From the NCBI RefSeq assembly GCF_054482525.1, contig NZ_CM137006.1: a DNA stretch of 64,000 nucleotides; one strand, 5' to 3'. The translations under genes and the position numbers were made by a program. The notes under the pieces are model-generated. The model was not told the origin of the DNA. It searched no databases and saw nothing but the letters and a program-made list of their open reading frames with translations. Shown piece after piece: positions 35,650 to 50,046 of the stretch; the first letter of the stretch is position 1; each line of letters opens with the position of its first letter.

Positions 35650-36630
35650 ATGATGAGAGTAGAAAATAATAATGTTTCTGGGCAAAACCATGACCCGGAA
35701 CAGATTGATTTGATTGATTTACTAATGCAGTTGTGGCGTGGCAAGATGACAATCATCATCTCTGTCATTGTTGCTATTGCCCTGGCTATAGGGTATCTGG
35801 CCGTTGCCAAAGAAAAGTGGACTTCCACAGCTATCGTTACTCAACCTGATGTGGGGCAAATCGCTGGCTATAACAATGCCATGAATGTTATCTATGGTCA
35901 GGCTGCACCGAAAGTGTCAGATTTGCAGGAGACGTTGATTGGTCGCTTCAGTTCTGCCTTCTCTGCATTAGCAGAAACGCTGGATAATCAGGAAGAACCA
36001 GAAAAACTTACCATCGAACCTTCTGTTAAGAACCAGCAATTACCATTGACTGTTTCTTATGTTGGGCAAACTGCAGAGGGCGCACAAATGAAGTTGGCCC
36101 AATACATTCAGCAAGTTGACGATAAAGTGAATCAAGAGCTAGAAAAGGATCTCAAAGACAACATTGCTCTGGGACGGAAAAACTTGCAGGACTCTTTAAG
36201 AACCCAGGAAGTGGTTGCGCAGGAGCAGAAAGATCTGCGCATCCGTCAGATTCAGGAAGCGTTGCAGTATGCGAATCAGGCGCAGGTGACAAAACCACAG
36301 GTTCAGCAGACTGAAGATGTGACGCAAGATACGTTGTTCCTTTTGGGGAGCGAAGCGCTGGAGTCGATGATTAAGCATGAGGCGACCCGTCCGTTGGTGT
36401 TCTCACCAAACTACTATCAGACTCGTCAAAACCTGCTGGATATCGAAAACTTAAAGGTTGATGATCTTGATATTCATGCTTACCGCTATGTGATGAAACC
36501 GACGTTACCTATTCGTCGCGATAGCCCGAAAAAGGCAATTACATTGATTCTGGCGGTGCTGCTGGGCGGCATGGTTGGCGCGGGGATTGTGTTGGGGCGT
36601 AACGCTCTGCGTAATTACAACGCGAAGTAA
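35650..36630 (+). CDS. wzzB: O-antigen chain-length determinant WzzB (polysaccharide co-polymerase)
   Basis: ORF 35617..36630; start taken at MRVENNNVSGQ (326 aa); N- and C-terminal TM segments with coiled-coil periplasmic domain. Confidence 0.9.
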   Translation: MMRVENNNVSGQNHDPEQIDLIDLLMQLWRGKMTIIISVIVAIALAIGYLAVAKEKWTSTAIVTQPDVGQIAGYNNAMNVIYGQAAPKVSDLQETLIGRFSSAFSALAETLDNQEEPEKLTIEPSVKNQQLPLTVSYVGQTAEGAQMKLAQYIQQVDDKVNQELEKDLKDNIALGRKNLQDSLRTQEVVAQEQKDLRIRQIQEALQYANQAQVTKPQVQQTEDVTQDTLFLLGSEALESMIKHEATRPLVFSPNYYQTRQNLLDIENLKVDDLDIHAYRYVMKPTLPIRRDSPKKAITLILAVLLGGMVGAGIVLGRNALRNYNAK

Positions 36631-36652
36631 TCTTTTCGGTTTTAAAGAAAAT

Positions 36653-36686
36653 GGGCAGGGTGGTGACACCTTGCCCGTTTTTTTTT
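36653..36686. terminator. Bidirectional Rho-independent terminator between convergent wzzB and hisI
   Basis: Hairpin gggcagggtg...caccttgccc followed by T9 on the plus strand and preceded by an A-rich run (T-run for the minus-strand transcript). Confidence 0.7.
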
Positions 36687-36814
36687 GCCGGCATGCGATG
36701 CTGGCGCATCTTATTCAGCCAAAATGTGCAGAGCGAATAGTAGGCCCGATAAGCTTGCGCATCGGGCAATGGCTCCGGAAGCGACAACAATATCGCATCC
36801 GCTTACCCCGCAAC

Positions 36815-37419
36815 TCACTGATGCCGTTTGCGCAGGTTCTCAATCACCGTCGTTAAATCCAGATCCTGATCCTGCAACAATACCAACAGGTGATACATCA
36901 AATCAGATGCCTCGTTGGTCAGCTCAAAGCGGTCATGTACCGTTGCTGCCAGCGCAGTTTCCACGCCTTCTTCGCCCACTTTCTGCGCAATGCGCTTGGT
37001 GCCGCTGGCATACAGTTTGGCGGTGTAGGAGGTTTCCGGGGCGGCAGATTTACGTTCGGCGAGCAGTTGTTCCAGTTGATAGAGGAACAGCCACTGGTGA
37101 GCGGTGTCACCGAAGCAGCTGCTGGTGCCTTTGTGGCAGGTCGGGCCGATGGGATTAGCCAGCACTAATAACGTGTCGTTGTCGCAGTCCGGGGCAATAC
37201 TCACTACGTTGAGGAAATTGCCCGACGTTTCGCCTTTGGTCCACAGTCGCTGTTTAGTGCGCGAGAAGAAGGTGACTTTGCCGCTTTCGATGGTTTTGTC
37301 TAAGGCTTCCGGGTTCATGTAGCCCAGCATTAACACTTCGCCGGATACCGCGTGTTGCACAATCACCGGCATCAGTCCGTCGGTTTTTTCCCAGTCCAGT
37401 TCGCGACGTTGTTGTTCTG

Positions 37420-37426
<7 letters not shown>
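36815..37426 (-). CDS. hisI: Bifunctional phosphoribosyl-AMP cyclohydrolase / phosphoribosyl-ATP pyrophosphatase
   Basis: 203 aa; last gene of the his operon by order. Confidence 0.95.
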
Positions 37427-39504
<2,078 letters not shown>

Positions 39505-39505
<1 letters not shown>

Positions 39506-40571
39506 TACAGCACTCCTTTCGACGAGGGCAGGGTGTCGCCTTCCACGCGGATGGCCTGGCGCAGGGTGCGACCAAAGGCTTTGAACAGGCTCTCTACACG
39601 GTGGTGATCGTTTTTACCTTTGGTTTTCAGGTGTAGCGTCACACCCATGGTGTAAGAGAGCGAACGGAAGAAGTGCTCGATCATTTCAGTGCTGAGATCG
39701 CCCACGCGCTGGTAGGTAAATTCAGCTTTATATTCCAGGTGCGGGCGACCAGAGATATCCAGTGCACAGCGGGCAAGGCATTCGTCCATCGGCAGCACAA
39801 AACCAAAGCGGCAAATACCGCGTTTGTCGCCAAGAGCAATTTTTAATGCTTCGCCCAGCGCCAGGCCGGTATCTTCGACGGTGTGGTGATCGTCGATATA
39901 GAGGTCGCCTTTAACGTTGATTTCCATCCGGAAACCGCCGTGGGTGGCGATCTGATCCAGCATGTGATCAAAGAATCCAACGCCGGTATTAATCTTGCTG
40001 CCACCTTCACGATCCAGCCACACCTGGACGTCAATTTGCGTCTCTTTGGTGTTGCGCACTACATGGGCGTAACGGTCTCGTTTAGTGAGTTGCTCGCCAA
40101 TCATTGGCCAGTTCAGGGTTTCGCGGTCGTAGCGTAAACCATTAATACCCATGTTTTCAGCCAGTTGAATATCGGTCGCGCGATCGCCAATCACATAACT
40201 GTTGGCGCGATCCATCGCTTGCTCAGCGAGATAACGCTCCACCAGTTTTACTTTCGGCTTACGGCAGTCGCACTCATCGGCGGGCAGGTGCGGACAAATC
40301 AGCACTTCATCAAACTGCACGCCTTGTGAGGTGAAGATCTGCATCATCAGGTTGTGCGGGCCATCGAAATCCGCCTGCGGGAAACTTTGTGTTCCCAGAC
40401 CATCCTGATTAGTGATCATCACCAGCTTGTAGCCCGCTTTTTGCAGCTTCAGCAGCTCCGGGATCACGCCAGGTTCAAAGGCGAGTTTGTCAAAACGGTC
40501 CACCTGAAAATCACTCGGCGGTTCGCTGATCAGGGTTCCATCGCGATCGATAAAAAGATACTTCTGACTCA

Positions 40572-40572
<1 letters not shown>
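39505..40572 (-). CDS. hisB: Bifunctional histidinol-phosphatase / imidazoleglycerol-phosphate dehydratase
   Basis: ORF 39505..40575; start at [14 protein letters not shown] (HAD motif), 355 aa. Confidence 0.95.
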
Positions 40573-42943
<2,371 letters not shown>

Positions 42944-42948
42944 GGCGA

Positions 42949-43848
42949 TCACTCCATCATCTTCTCAATCGGCAGGACCAGGATTGAACTGGCACCCAGC
43001 GCTTTCAGTTTTTCCATCGTTTCCCAGAACAGGGTTTCGCTACTGACCATGTGCATCGCTACGCGTTGTTGGTCACCCGCCAGCGGCAGAATGGTTGGGC
43101 GTTCGGCACCTGGCAGCAGGGCGATGACTTCATCCAGGCGTTCGGTCGGTGCGTGCATCATGATGTATTTTGATTCGCGCGCCTGGATAACACCCTGAAT
43201 ACGGGTCAGCAGTTTGTCGATCAGTTGCTGTTTGGATACTTCCATTTCGCCATCGCGCTGGATCAGGCAGGCTTTCGAGCGGTAGATAACTTCGACTTCG
43301 CGCAGGCCGTTAGCTTCCAGCGTGGCACCGGTGGAAACCAGATCACAAATCGCATCTGCCAGTCCGGCACGCGGGGCGACTTCGACAGAACCGTTCAGTA
43401 AGCAGGATTTAAAAGAGATGCCTTTCTGGTCGAGATAACGCTTGAGCAGGTGAGGATAAGAGGTGGCGATACGTTTACCGTTTAAGGAGAGTGGGCCATC
43501 CCAGGCTTCATCAACCGGCGTTGCCAGCGAAAGACGGCAACCGCCGAAATCCAGACGACGCAGGGTAAAGTAGCGCGGATCTTCACCCTGGGCGCGGCGG
43601 TTAAGCAGCTCTTCTTCCAGCACGTTTTCGCCGATAATCCCGAGGTCAACCACGCCGTCCATTACCAGACCGGGAATGTCGTCATCACGTACGCGCAGAA
43701 TATCAATCGGCATGTTTTCTGCCATCGCGATCAGGCGCTGGGTGTGAAGATTGATTTTAATGCCACAGCGCGCCAGCAATTCGCGTGAGTCATCACTTAA
43801 ACGGCCTGATTTCTGCATAGCTATGCGTAAACGAGTGTTGTCTGTCAT
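42949..43848 (-). CDS. hisG: ATP phosphoribosyltransferase
   Basis: ORF 42949..43887; start at [17 protein letters not shown], 299 aa. Confidence 0.95.
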   Translation of the reverse strand: MTDNTRLRIAMQKSGRLSDDSRELLARCGIKINLHTQRLIAMAENMPIDILRVRDDDIPGLVMDGVVDLGIIGENVLEEELLNRRAQGEDPRYFTLRRLDFGGCRLSLATPVDEAWDGPLSLNGKRIATSYPHLLKRYLDQKGISFKSCLLNGSVEVAPRAGLADAICDLVSTGATLEANGLREVEVIYRSKACLIQRDGEMEVSKQQLIDKLLTRIQGVIQARESKYIMMHAPTERLDEVIALLPGAERPTILPLAGDQQRVAMHMVSSETLFWETMEKLKALGASSILVLPIEKMME

Positions 43849-43895
43849 TTTCTTATTCCTCTTTAAACCTGTCTGAACCGTTATCAACCGCGCAA

Positions 43896-43930
43896 TAAAA
43901 AAGCCCCCGGAAGATGATCTTCCGGGGGCT
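43896..43930 (-). terminator. his operon attenuator (leader terminator hairpin)
   Basis: Minus-strand reading gives gcccccggaag-loop-cttccgggggc followed by a U-run, between hisL and hisG. Confidence 0.8.
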
Positions 43931-43993
43931 TACTCATGCGTTCATGCACCACTGGAAGATCTGAATGTCTTCCAGCACACATCGCCTGAAAGA

Positions 43994-44044
43994 CTAGTCA
44001 GGATGATGGTGATGATGGTGGTGTTTAAATTGAACGCGTGTCAT
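43994..44044 (-). CDS. hisL: his operon leader peptide (MTRVQFKHHHHHHHPD)
   Basis: Reverse complement read directly: atg aca cgc gtt caa ttt aaa then 7 consecutive His codons, cct gac tag. Confidence 0.95.
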   Translation of the reverse strand: MTRVQFKHHHHHHHPD

Positions 44045-44294
44045 AAAAGTCTCTGTGAATGTTTATTCAACTGATGTCTTTTAACCTAAACCACTTTCAC
44101 GTTAGAAAGCAAGGGCTTTTTTATATATTTTATGGCGATGGATTTGTTTAATGAATGAGCGGGGAAAGGAGGGGGCTAAGAGGACTGACCTCTAAGCTGA
44201 CGGCACCAAAAATAGCGAAGCCTGGATTTTTCGACTCACTGACAATATCTTGATCTACAAACTAATTAATAAATAGTTAATTAACGCCCATCAT

Positions 44295-44312
44295 TGTACA
44301 ATGAAATGTACA
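44295..44312 (+). promoter_or_regulatory. yefM-yoeB operator: tandem TGTACA palindromes overlapping the promoter
   Basis: tgtacaatgaaatgtaca immediately upstream of the RBS gaggag and the yefM ATG. Confidence 0.65.
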
Positions 44313-44327
44313 AAAGAGGAGATTAAC

Positions 44328-44579
44328 ATGCGTACAATTAGCTACAGCGAAGCGCGTCAGAATTTGTCGGCAACAATGATGAAAGCCGTTGATGATCATG
44401 CCCCGATCCTTATTACTCGTCAGAATGGAGAGGCTTGTGTTCTGATGTCACTCGAAGAATACAACTCCCTGGAGGAGACGGCTTATCTACTGCGTTCCCC
44501 CGCTAACGCCCGGAGATTGATGGACTCAATCGATAGCCTGAAATCTGGCAAAGGAACGGAAAAGGACATCATTGAGTGA
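44328..44579 (+). CDS. yefM: Type II antitoxin YefM
   Basis: ORF 44301..44579; start at [17 protein letters not shown] gives 83 aa; 4-bp overlap with yoeB. Confidence 0.93.
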   Translation: MRTISYSEARQNLSATMMKAVDDHAPILITRQNGEACVLMSLEEYNSLEETAYLLRSPANARRLMDSIDSLKSGKGTEKDIIE

Positions 44580-44830
44580 AACTAATCTGGTCTGAGGAAT
44601 CATGGGATGATTATCTGTACTGGCAGGAAACAGATAAGCGAATTGTTAAAAAGATCAATGAACTTATCAAAGATACCCGCAGAACGCCATTTGAAGGTAA
44701 GGGGAAGCCAGAACCCCTGAAACATAATTTGTCAGGTTTCTGGTCCCGACGCATTACAGAGGAGCACCGTCTGGTATACGCGGTTACCGACGATTCACTG
44801 CTCATTGCAGCATGTCGTTATCATTATTGA
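44576..44830 (+). CDS. yoeB: Type II toxin YoeB (ribosome-dependent mRNA interferase)
   Basis: 84 aa; RelE/YoeB fold C-terminal ...RYHY. Confidence 0.93.
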   Translation: MKLIWSEESWDDYLYWQETDKRIVKKINELIKDTRRTPFEGKGKPEPLKHNLSGFWSRRITEEHRLVYAVTDDSLLIAACRYHY

Positions 44831-44912
44831 ACAGATTCATTCATAGAATGAATTGTCAGTTTTGATACGCTAGCGTAGCCTTATAGATCTAAGGTGTATC
44901 AGGAGATAACGG

Positions 44913-45737
44913 ATGAAAAAGGTCGCAATTGTCGGGTTAGGGTGGTTAGGCATGCCGCTGGCGATGTCACTTTCAGCGCGAGGCTGGCAAGTCACCGGGA
45001 GTAAAACCACACAAGATGGTGTCGAAGCGGCCCGAATGAGTGGCATTGATAGCTATCTGCTTCGCATGGAGCCTGAGTTAGTTTGCGATTCTGACGATCT
45101 GGATGCCCTGATGGATGCCGATGCGCTGGTCATTACGCTTCCGGCACGTCGTAGCGGCCCCGGCGATGAGTTCTATTTACAAGCGGTACAAGAGTTAGTG
45201 GATAGCGCGCTGGCCCATCGTATTCCCCGCATTATTTTTACCAGCTCAACATCTGTCTATGGCGACGCGCAAGGCACGGTGAAAGAAACCACCCCGCGTA
45301 ATCCGGTAACCAACAGTGGACGAGTATTAGAAGAACTCGAAGACTGGCTGCACAATTTACCCGGTACTTCGGTCGATATTCTGCGTCTTGCGGGCCTGGT
45401 CGGACCGGGGCGTCATCCCGGACGCTTCTTTGCCGGAAAAACCGCGCCTGATGGTGAACATGGTGTTAATTTAGTCCATTTAGAAGATGTTATTGGCGCT
45501 ATCACCCTGTTGTTACAGGCACCTAAAGGCGGACACATCTATAATATATGTGCGCCAGCTCACCCTGCGCGTAATGTTTTCTATCCGCAGATGGCCCGTT
45601 TACTGGGGCTGGAACCTCCGCAGTTCACAAATAGTCTGGACAGCGGCAAAGGTAAGATTATTGATGGCAGTCGGATTTGTAATGAACTGGGATTTGAATA
45701 CCAGTATCCCGATCCGCTGGTAATGCCGCTGGAGTAA
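44913..45737 (+). CDS. yeeZ: NAD(P)-binding Rossmann-fold protein YeeZ
   Basis: 274 aa; N-terminal VAIVGLGWLG; synteny. Confidence 0.85.
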   Translation: MKKVAIVGLGWLGMPLAMSLSARGWQVTGSKTTQDGVEAARMSGIDSYLLRMEPELVCDSDDLDALMDADALVITLPARRSGPGDEFYLQAVQELVDSALAHRIPRIIFTSSTSVYGDAQGTVKETTPRNPVTNSGRVLEELEDWLHNLPGTSVDILRLAGLVGPGRHPGRFFAGKTAPDGEHGVNLVHLEDVIGAITLLLQAPKGGHIYNICAPAHPARNVFYPQMARLLGLEPPQFTNSLDSGKGKIIDGSRICNELGFEYQYPDPLVMPLE

Positions 45738-45782
45738 ACGATCACGCCAGCAGGACGCCGCATACACTGCAAGGGGGCGTGT

Positions 45783-46712
45783 ATGAAACCACTGCTGGAT
45801 GTGTTGATGATCCTCGATGCCTTAGAAAAAGAAGGCAGTTTTGCGGCGGCGTCGGCCAAACTCTACAAGACGCCGTCCGCTCTGAGTTACACCGTTCACA
45901 AGCTGGAAAGCGACCTTAATATTCAATTGCTTGATCGTAGCGGACACCGCGCTAAATTCACCCGCACCGGGAAAATGTTATTAGAGAAAGGGCGGGAAGT
46001 TCTGCATACCGTGCGAGAACTGGAAAAGCAGGCGATCAAACTGCATGAAGGCTGGGAAAACGAGCTGGTGATTGGTGTGGACGACACCTTCCCTTTTTCT
46101 CTGCTTGCGCCACTCATTGAAGCTTTTTATCAACATCATAGTGTGACGCGCCTGAAGTTTATCAATGGTGTACTCGGTGGCTCCTGGGATGCCCTGACTC
46201 AGGGGCGAGCGGATATTATTGTTGGCGCGATGCATGAGCCACCATCTTCCAGTGAGTTTGGTTTCTCGCGGTTAGGCGATCTGGAACAAGTCTTTGCGGT
46301 CGCGCCACATCATCCGTTAGCCCTGGAAGAAGAACCGTTAAACCGTCGTATCATTAAACGATATCGGGCGATTGTGGTGGGGGATACTGCGCAGGCAGGC
46401 GCTTCTACGGCCTCACAACTTCTCGACGAACAAGAAGCCATTACCGTTTTCGATTTTAAAACCAAGCTGGAGCTGCAAATTAGCGGCCTTGGCTGCGGCT
46501 ATTTACCCCGTTATCTGGCGCAACGTTTTCTCGATAGTGGCGCGTTAATCGAGAAGAAAGTGGTCGCCCAAACTCTCTTTGAACCCGTCTGGATTGGCTG
46601 GAACGAACAGACCGCAGGGCTTGCCAGCGGCTGGTGGCGTGATGAAATTTTAGCAAATAGTGCGATCGCCGGTGTTTATGCAAAATCTGATGACGGAAAA
46701 TCAGCCATTTAA
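45783..46712 (+). CDS. yeeY: LysR-family transcriptional regulator YeeY
   Basis: 309 aa; N-terminal wHTH of LysR type; synteny. Confidence 0.85.
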   Translation: MKPLLDVLMILDALEKEGSFAAASAKLYKTPSALSYTVHKLESDLNIQLLDRSGHRAKFTRTGKMLLEKGREVLHTVRELEKQAIKLHEGWENELVIGVDDTFPFSLLAPLIEAFYQHHSVTRLKFINGVLGGSWDALTQGRADIIVGAMHEPPSSSEFGFSRLGDLEQVFAVAPHHPLALEEEPLNRRIIKRYRAIVVGDTAQAGASTASQLLDEQEAITVFDFKTKLELQISGLGCGYLPRYLAQRFLDSGALIEKKVVAQTLFEPVWIGWNEQTAGLASGWWRDEILANSAIAGVYAKSDDGKSAI

Positions 46713-46798
46713 AGAAAAATTATTATGACAAGCCTCTCATTCTCTTGTCATTTCCCCCCCATTTAGGCACAATGCGCCGCTGTCAAAAAATGACTAAA

Positions 46799-46830
46799 AA
46801 CCGACGTTTAATTAGCGTCGGTTATTTTTT
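46799..46830 (+). terminator. Rho-independent terminator downstream of yeeY
   Basis: Hairpin aaccgacg...cgtcggtt followed by T6. Confidence 0.6.
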
Positions 46831-46978
46831 GCTTCAAACCAATCATTCATACCAAGAGGCCGGGCTTCGTACCGGATAGATATTTACTAAAAATCGACAG
46901 TTGTTGTCGCTGAGGAATCCAAAAAAATGGGGCAATTTTTTGCTTACGCGACGGTTATCACCGTAAAGGAGAATGACC

Positions 46979-48337
46979 ATGTCGCATAACGTTACTCCAA
47001 ACACCTCTCGCGTGGAATTGCGTAAAACGCTTACGTTAGTTCCGGTTGTAATGATGGGTCTTGCCTATATGCAGCCGATGACGCTGTTTGATACATTTGG
47101 TATCGTTTCAGGCCTCACGGATGGTCATGTGCCGACAGCCTATGCGTTCGCATTGATTGCGATCCTGTTTACGGCTCTGAGCTACGGGAAGCTGGTTCGC
47201 CGCTATCCTTCTGCTGGCTCTGCATACACTTACGCCCAGAAATCCATTAGCCCGACTGTCGGCTTTATGGTGGGTTGGTCTTCTCTGCTCGACTATCTGT
47301 TCGCGCCGATGATCAACATTCTACTGGCGAAAATCTATTTTGAAGCTCTGGTGCCTTCCATTCCATCGTGGATGTTTGTGGTGGCGCTGGTGGCCTTTAT
47401 GACCGCCTTTAACCTGCGTAGTCTGAAATCCGTAGCGAACTTCAACACTGTAATCGTCGTGTTGCAGGTAGTGCTGATCGCGGTGATTCTGGGCATGGTT
47501 GTTTATGGCGTATTTGAAGGCGAAGGCGCGGGTACGCTGGCGAGCACTCGTCCGTTCTGGTCTGGCGATGCGCATGTTATCCCGATGATTACCGGGGCGA
47601 CAATCCTGTGCTTCTCCTTTACCGGCTTTGACGGCATCAGCAACCTGTCGGAAGAAACCAAAGATGCAGAGCGCGTGATCCCGCGTGCGATTTTCCTGAC
47701 CGCGCTGATCGGCGGCATGATCTTCATCTTTGCAACTTACTTCCTGCAGCTGTACTTCCCGGATATCTCTCGCTTTAAAGATCCGGATGCGTCACAGCCT
47801 GAAATCATGCTGTATGTTGCGGGTAAAGCGTTCCAGGTTGGCGCGCTGATCTTCTCCACCATTACCGTACTGGCGTCCGGTATGGCGGCGCACGCAGGCG
47901 TAGCGCGTCTGATGTACGTAATGGGTCGTGACGGCGTATTCCCGAAAAGCTTCTTCGGTTATGTACACCCGAAATGGCGTACTCCGGCGATGAACATCAT
48001 CCTGGTTGGCGCGATTGCCTTGCTGGCAATCAACTTCGACCTGGTAATGGCTACGGCGCTGATTAACTTTGGTGCGCTGGTGGCGTTCACCTTTGTTAAC
48101 CTGTCGGTTATCTCGCAGTTCTGGATCCGTGAGAAGCGTAATAAGACGCTGAAAGATCACTTCCAGTATCTGTTCCTGCCGATGTGTGGTGCGCTGACTG
48201 TAGGTGCGCTGTGGGTTAATCTGGAAGAAAGCTCAATGGTTCTGGGTCTGATCTGGGCTGCTATTGGTCTGATTTACCTGGCTTGCGTCACCAAGAGCTT
48301 CCGTAACCCGGTTCCGCAGTACGAAGACGTTGCATAA
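46979..48337 (+). CDS. plaP: Putrescine importer PlaP (APC-family amino acid/polyamine permease)
   Basis: ORF 46973..48337; start at MSHNVTPN, 452 aa; 12-TM permease. Confidence 0.9.
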   Translation: MSHNVTPNTSRVELRKTLTLVPVVMMGLAYMQPMTLFDTFGIVSGLTDGHVPTAYAFALIAILFTALSYGKLVRRYPSAGSAYTYAQKSISPTVGFMVGWSSLLDYLFAPMINILLAKIYFEALVPSIPSWMFVVALVAFMTAFNLRSLKSVANFNTVIVVLQVVLIAVILGMVVYGVFEGEGAGTLASTRPFWSGDAHVIPMITGATILCFSFTGFDGISNLSEETKDAERVIPRAIFLTALIGGMIFIFATYFLQLYFPDISRFKDPDASQPEIMLYVAGKAFQVGALIFSTITVLASGMAAHAGVARLMYVMGRDGVFPKSFFGYVHPKWRTPAMNIILVGAIALLAINFDLVMATALINFGALVAFTFVNLSVISQFWIREKRNKTLKDHFQYLFLPMCGALTVGALWVNLEESSMVLGLIWAAIGLIYLACVTKSFRNPVPQYEDVA

Positions 48338-48380
48338 TCTTACAAGCCGGATGACATAATCATCCGGTAAATCTCAAAAA

Positions 48381-48407
48381 GCCGGAGTTTGTCGCTCCGG
48401 TTTTTTT
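48381..48407. terminator. Bidirectional terminator between convergent plaP and sbcB
   Basis: Hairpin gccggag...ctccgg flanked by A5 upstream and T7 downstream; a second inverted repeat ccggatga/tcatccgg lies just before it. Confidence 0.7.
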
Positions 48408-48410
48408 GTT

Positions 48411-49838
48411 TCAGACGATCTCTTCCGCGTACTGCCAAAGTGCTTTTAACAGCGCCACTTTCTCTTTGTCATCGGCATATTGTTGTGCCAGCATCTGCAA
48501 TTCATCTGCATAGCCCTGCAAAAACTCTGGCGTGAAGACCTGGCGGCGGTGCTCCAGCCAGCGTTGCTGCTCGGCATAATCCAGCGTCCCCGGGAAGTTG
48601 CGCGCCCGATAATTGAACAACAGCTTTTCAATCCGTTTATCAACAAAAGTGATATCCAGTGCCGGTAAATTACGCGGCTCGGTTTCCAGCACAATTTTCA
48701 TTGCTGCACGATCGGCGTCACTGAAAAAGCCATTATAAAGCTGTGCATCCACGTTATCTGAAGGCGTAAACGGTTCGGCTTCCGCGAATATCGCCACCAC
48801 TTTTTCACGCACTTGCGGATTTTCACGCAGAATTTTCAGGTTATCGAGGCAATGCTGACGATTAATTCCCAGTCGGTCGGCATCTTCCGGGCGTAGCGTA
48901 TTCGCCTGGGCCAGCACCGGACATTTATTGATATGCACCAGTTTAACCGGAACGGCGGCGTTATCGCCAAGATCGGCTTTTGCGGTATATAGACGCTCGC
49001 GCAATGTGTCGCTATCCAGTTCCAGTAATGGCGAAATGTCTCCTGCCAAATCCACCATAATTACGGCATTGCGATTTTCAGGATGCCACGCCAGCGGTGC
49101 CACCCAGCTTGTATTGCCGCGCCATGCCCCAAACATTCCGGAAACGTGAACCAGGGGTTTCATCTGCGGAACATCAATCAACGCCATCAGTTTGTGTTTA
49201 TTACGATGGGTAAAGAGATAATCAAACAGGCGTGGCTGACGCGTTTTTACCAGTTTTGCCATCGCAATAGTGGCGTACACATCAGCCATCGCATCGTGGG
49301 CGTTGCTATGTTCAATACCATTCGCTTTGGTTAAATGCTCAAGGCGAAAGCTCGGTAGACCGTCATCATTTTCAGGCCAGTTTATTCCTTCCGGGCGCAG
49401 GGCATAGCAGGCACGCATAACATCCAGTAAATCCCAGCGCGAGTTATCATGCTGCCAGCTCCAGGCGTAAGGATCGTAGAAATTACGATAAAAAACGTTG
49501 CGTGTGACTTCGTCGTCGAAACGCACATTGTTGTAGCCCAGAATACAGGTCTTCGGTACGGTAAAAAGCGAGTGAATACGGGCGGCAAATGCGGCTTCGT
49601 TTTCTCCTTTCGCCCGAGCTTCCTGCGGGGTAATACCGGTAATTAATACTGCTCCAGGCTGGGGTAAATAGTCATCCGCGGGCTTGCAGTAAAAGACTTC
49701 GGGTTCGCCGATGACATTGAATTCGTCATCGGTGCGAATGGCTGCGAACTGTGCAGGGCGATCTAACGCGGGGTGCGTGCCAAAGGTTTCGTAATCGTGA
49801 AACAAAAAGGTAGATTGTTGCTTACCGTCATTCATCAT
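48411..49838 (-). CDS. sbcB: Exodeoxyribonuclease I
   Basis: ORF 48411..49886; start at MMNDGKQQSTFLFHDYETFG (DEDDh exonuclease motif), 475 aa. Confidence 0.94.
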   Translation of the reverse strand: MMNDGKQQSTFLFHDYETFGTHPALDRPAQFAAIRTDDEFNVIGEPEVFYCKPADDYLPQPGAVLITGITPQEARAKGENEAAFAARIHSLFTVPKTCILGYNNVRFDDEVTRNVFYRNFYDPYAWSWQHDNSRWDLLDVMRACYALRPEGINWPENDDGLPSFRLEHLTKANGIEHSNAHDAMADVYATIAMAKLVKTRQPRLFDYLFTHRNKHKLMALIDVPQMKPLVHVSGMFGAWRGNTSWVAPLAWHPENRNAVIMVDLAGDISPLLELDSDTLRERLYTAKADLGDNAAVPVKLVHINKCPVLAQANTLRPEDADRLGINRQHCLDNLKILRENPQVREKVVAIFAEAEPFTPSDNVDAQLYNGFFSDADRAAMKIVLETEPRNLPALDITFVDKRIEKLLFNYRARNFPGTLDYAEQQRWLEHRRQVFTPEFLQGYADELQMLAQQYADDKEKVALLKALWQYAEEIV

Positions 49839-50046
49839 TAGGTTAAATCCGTTATTTCTGCTATCTGCCAGAGTATCAAATATCACCGTGCTAATCAGCT
49901 TTAGCGCGACAATTTGACAGCGAGTGGCAACAAATCATGTCAGATAAAAATGAGAGGGTAGTCACATTTTCTTGCACTTTATTCCAGCCAGTTCATAAGT
50001 ATTTCCGTAAAAAGAACAGCTATTTGAAACTCCTGAGGGTTTGCTG

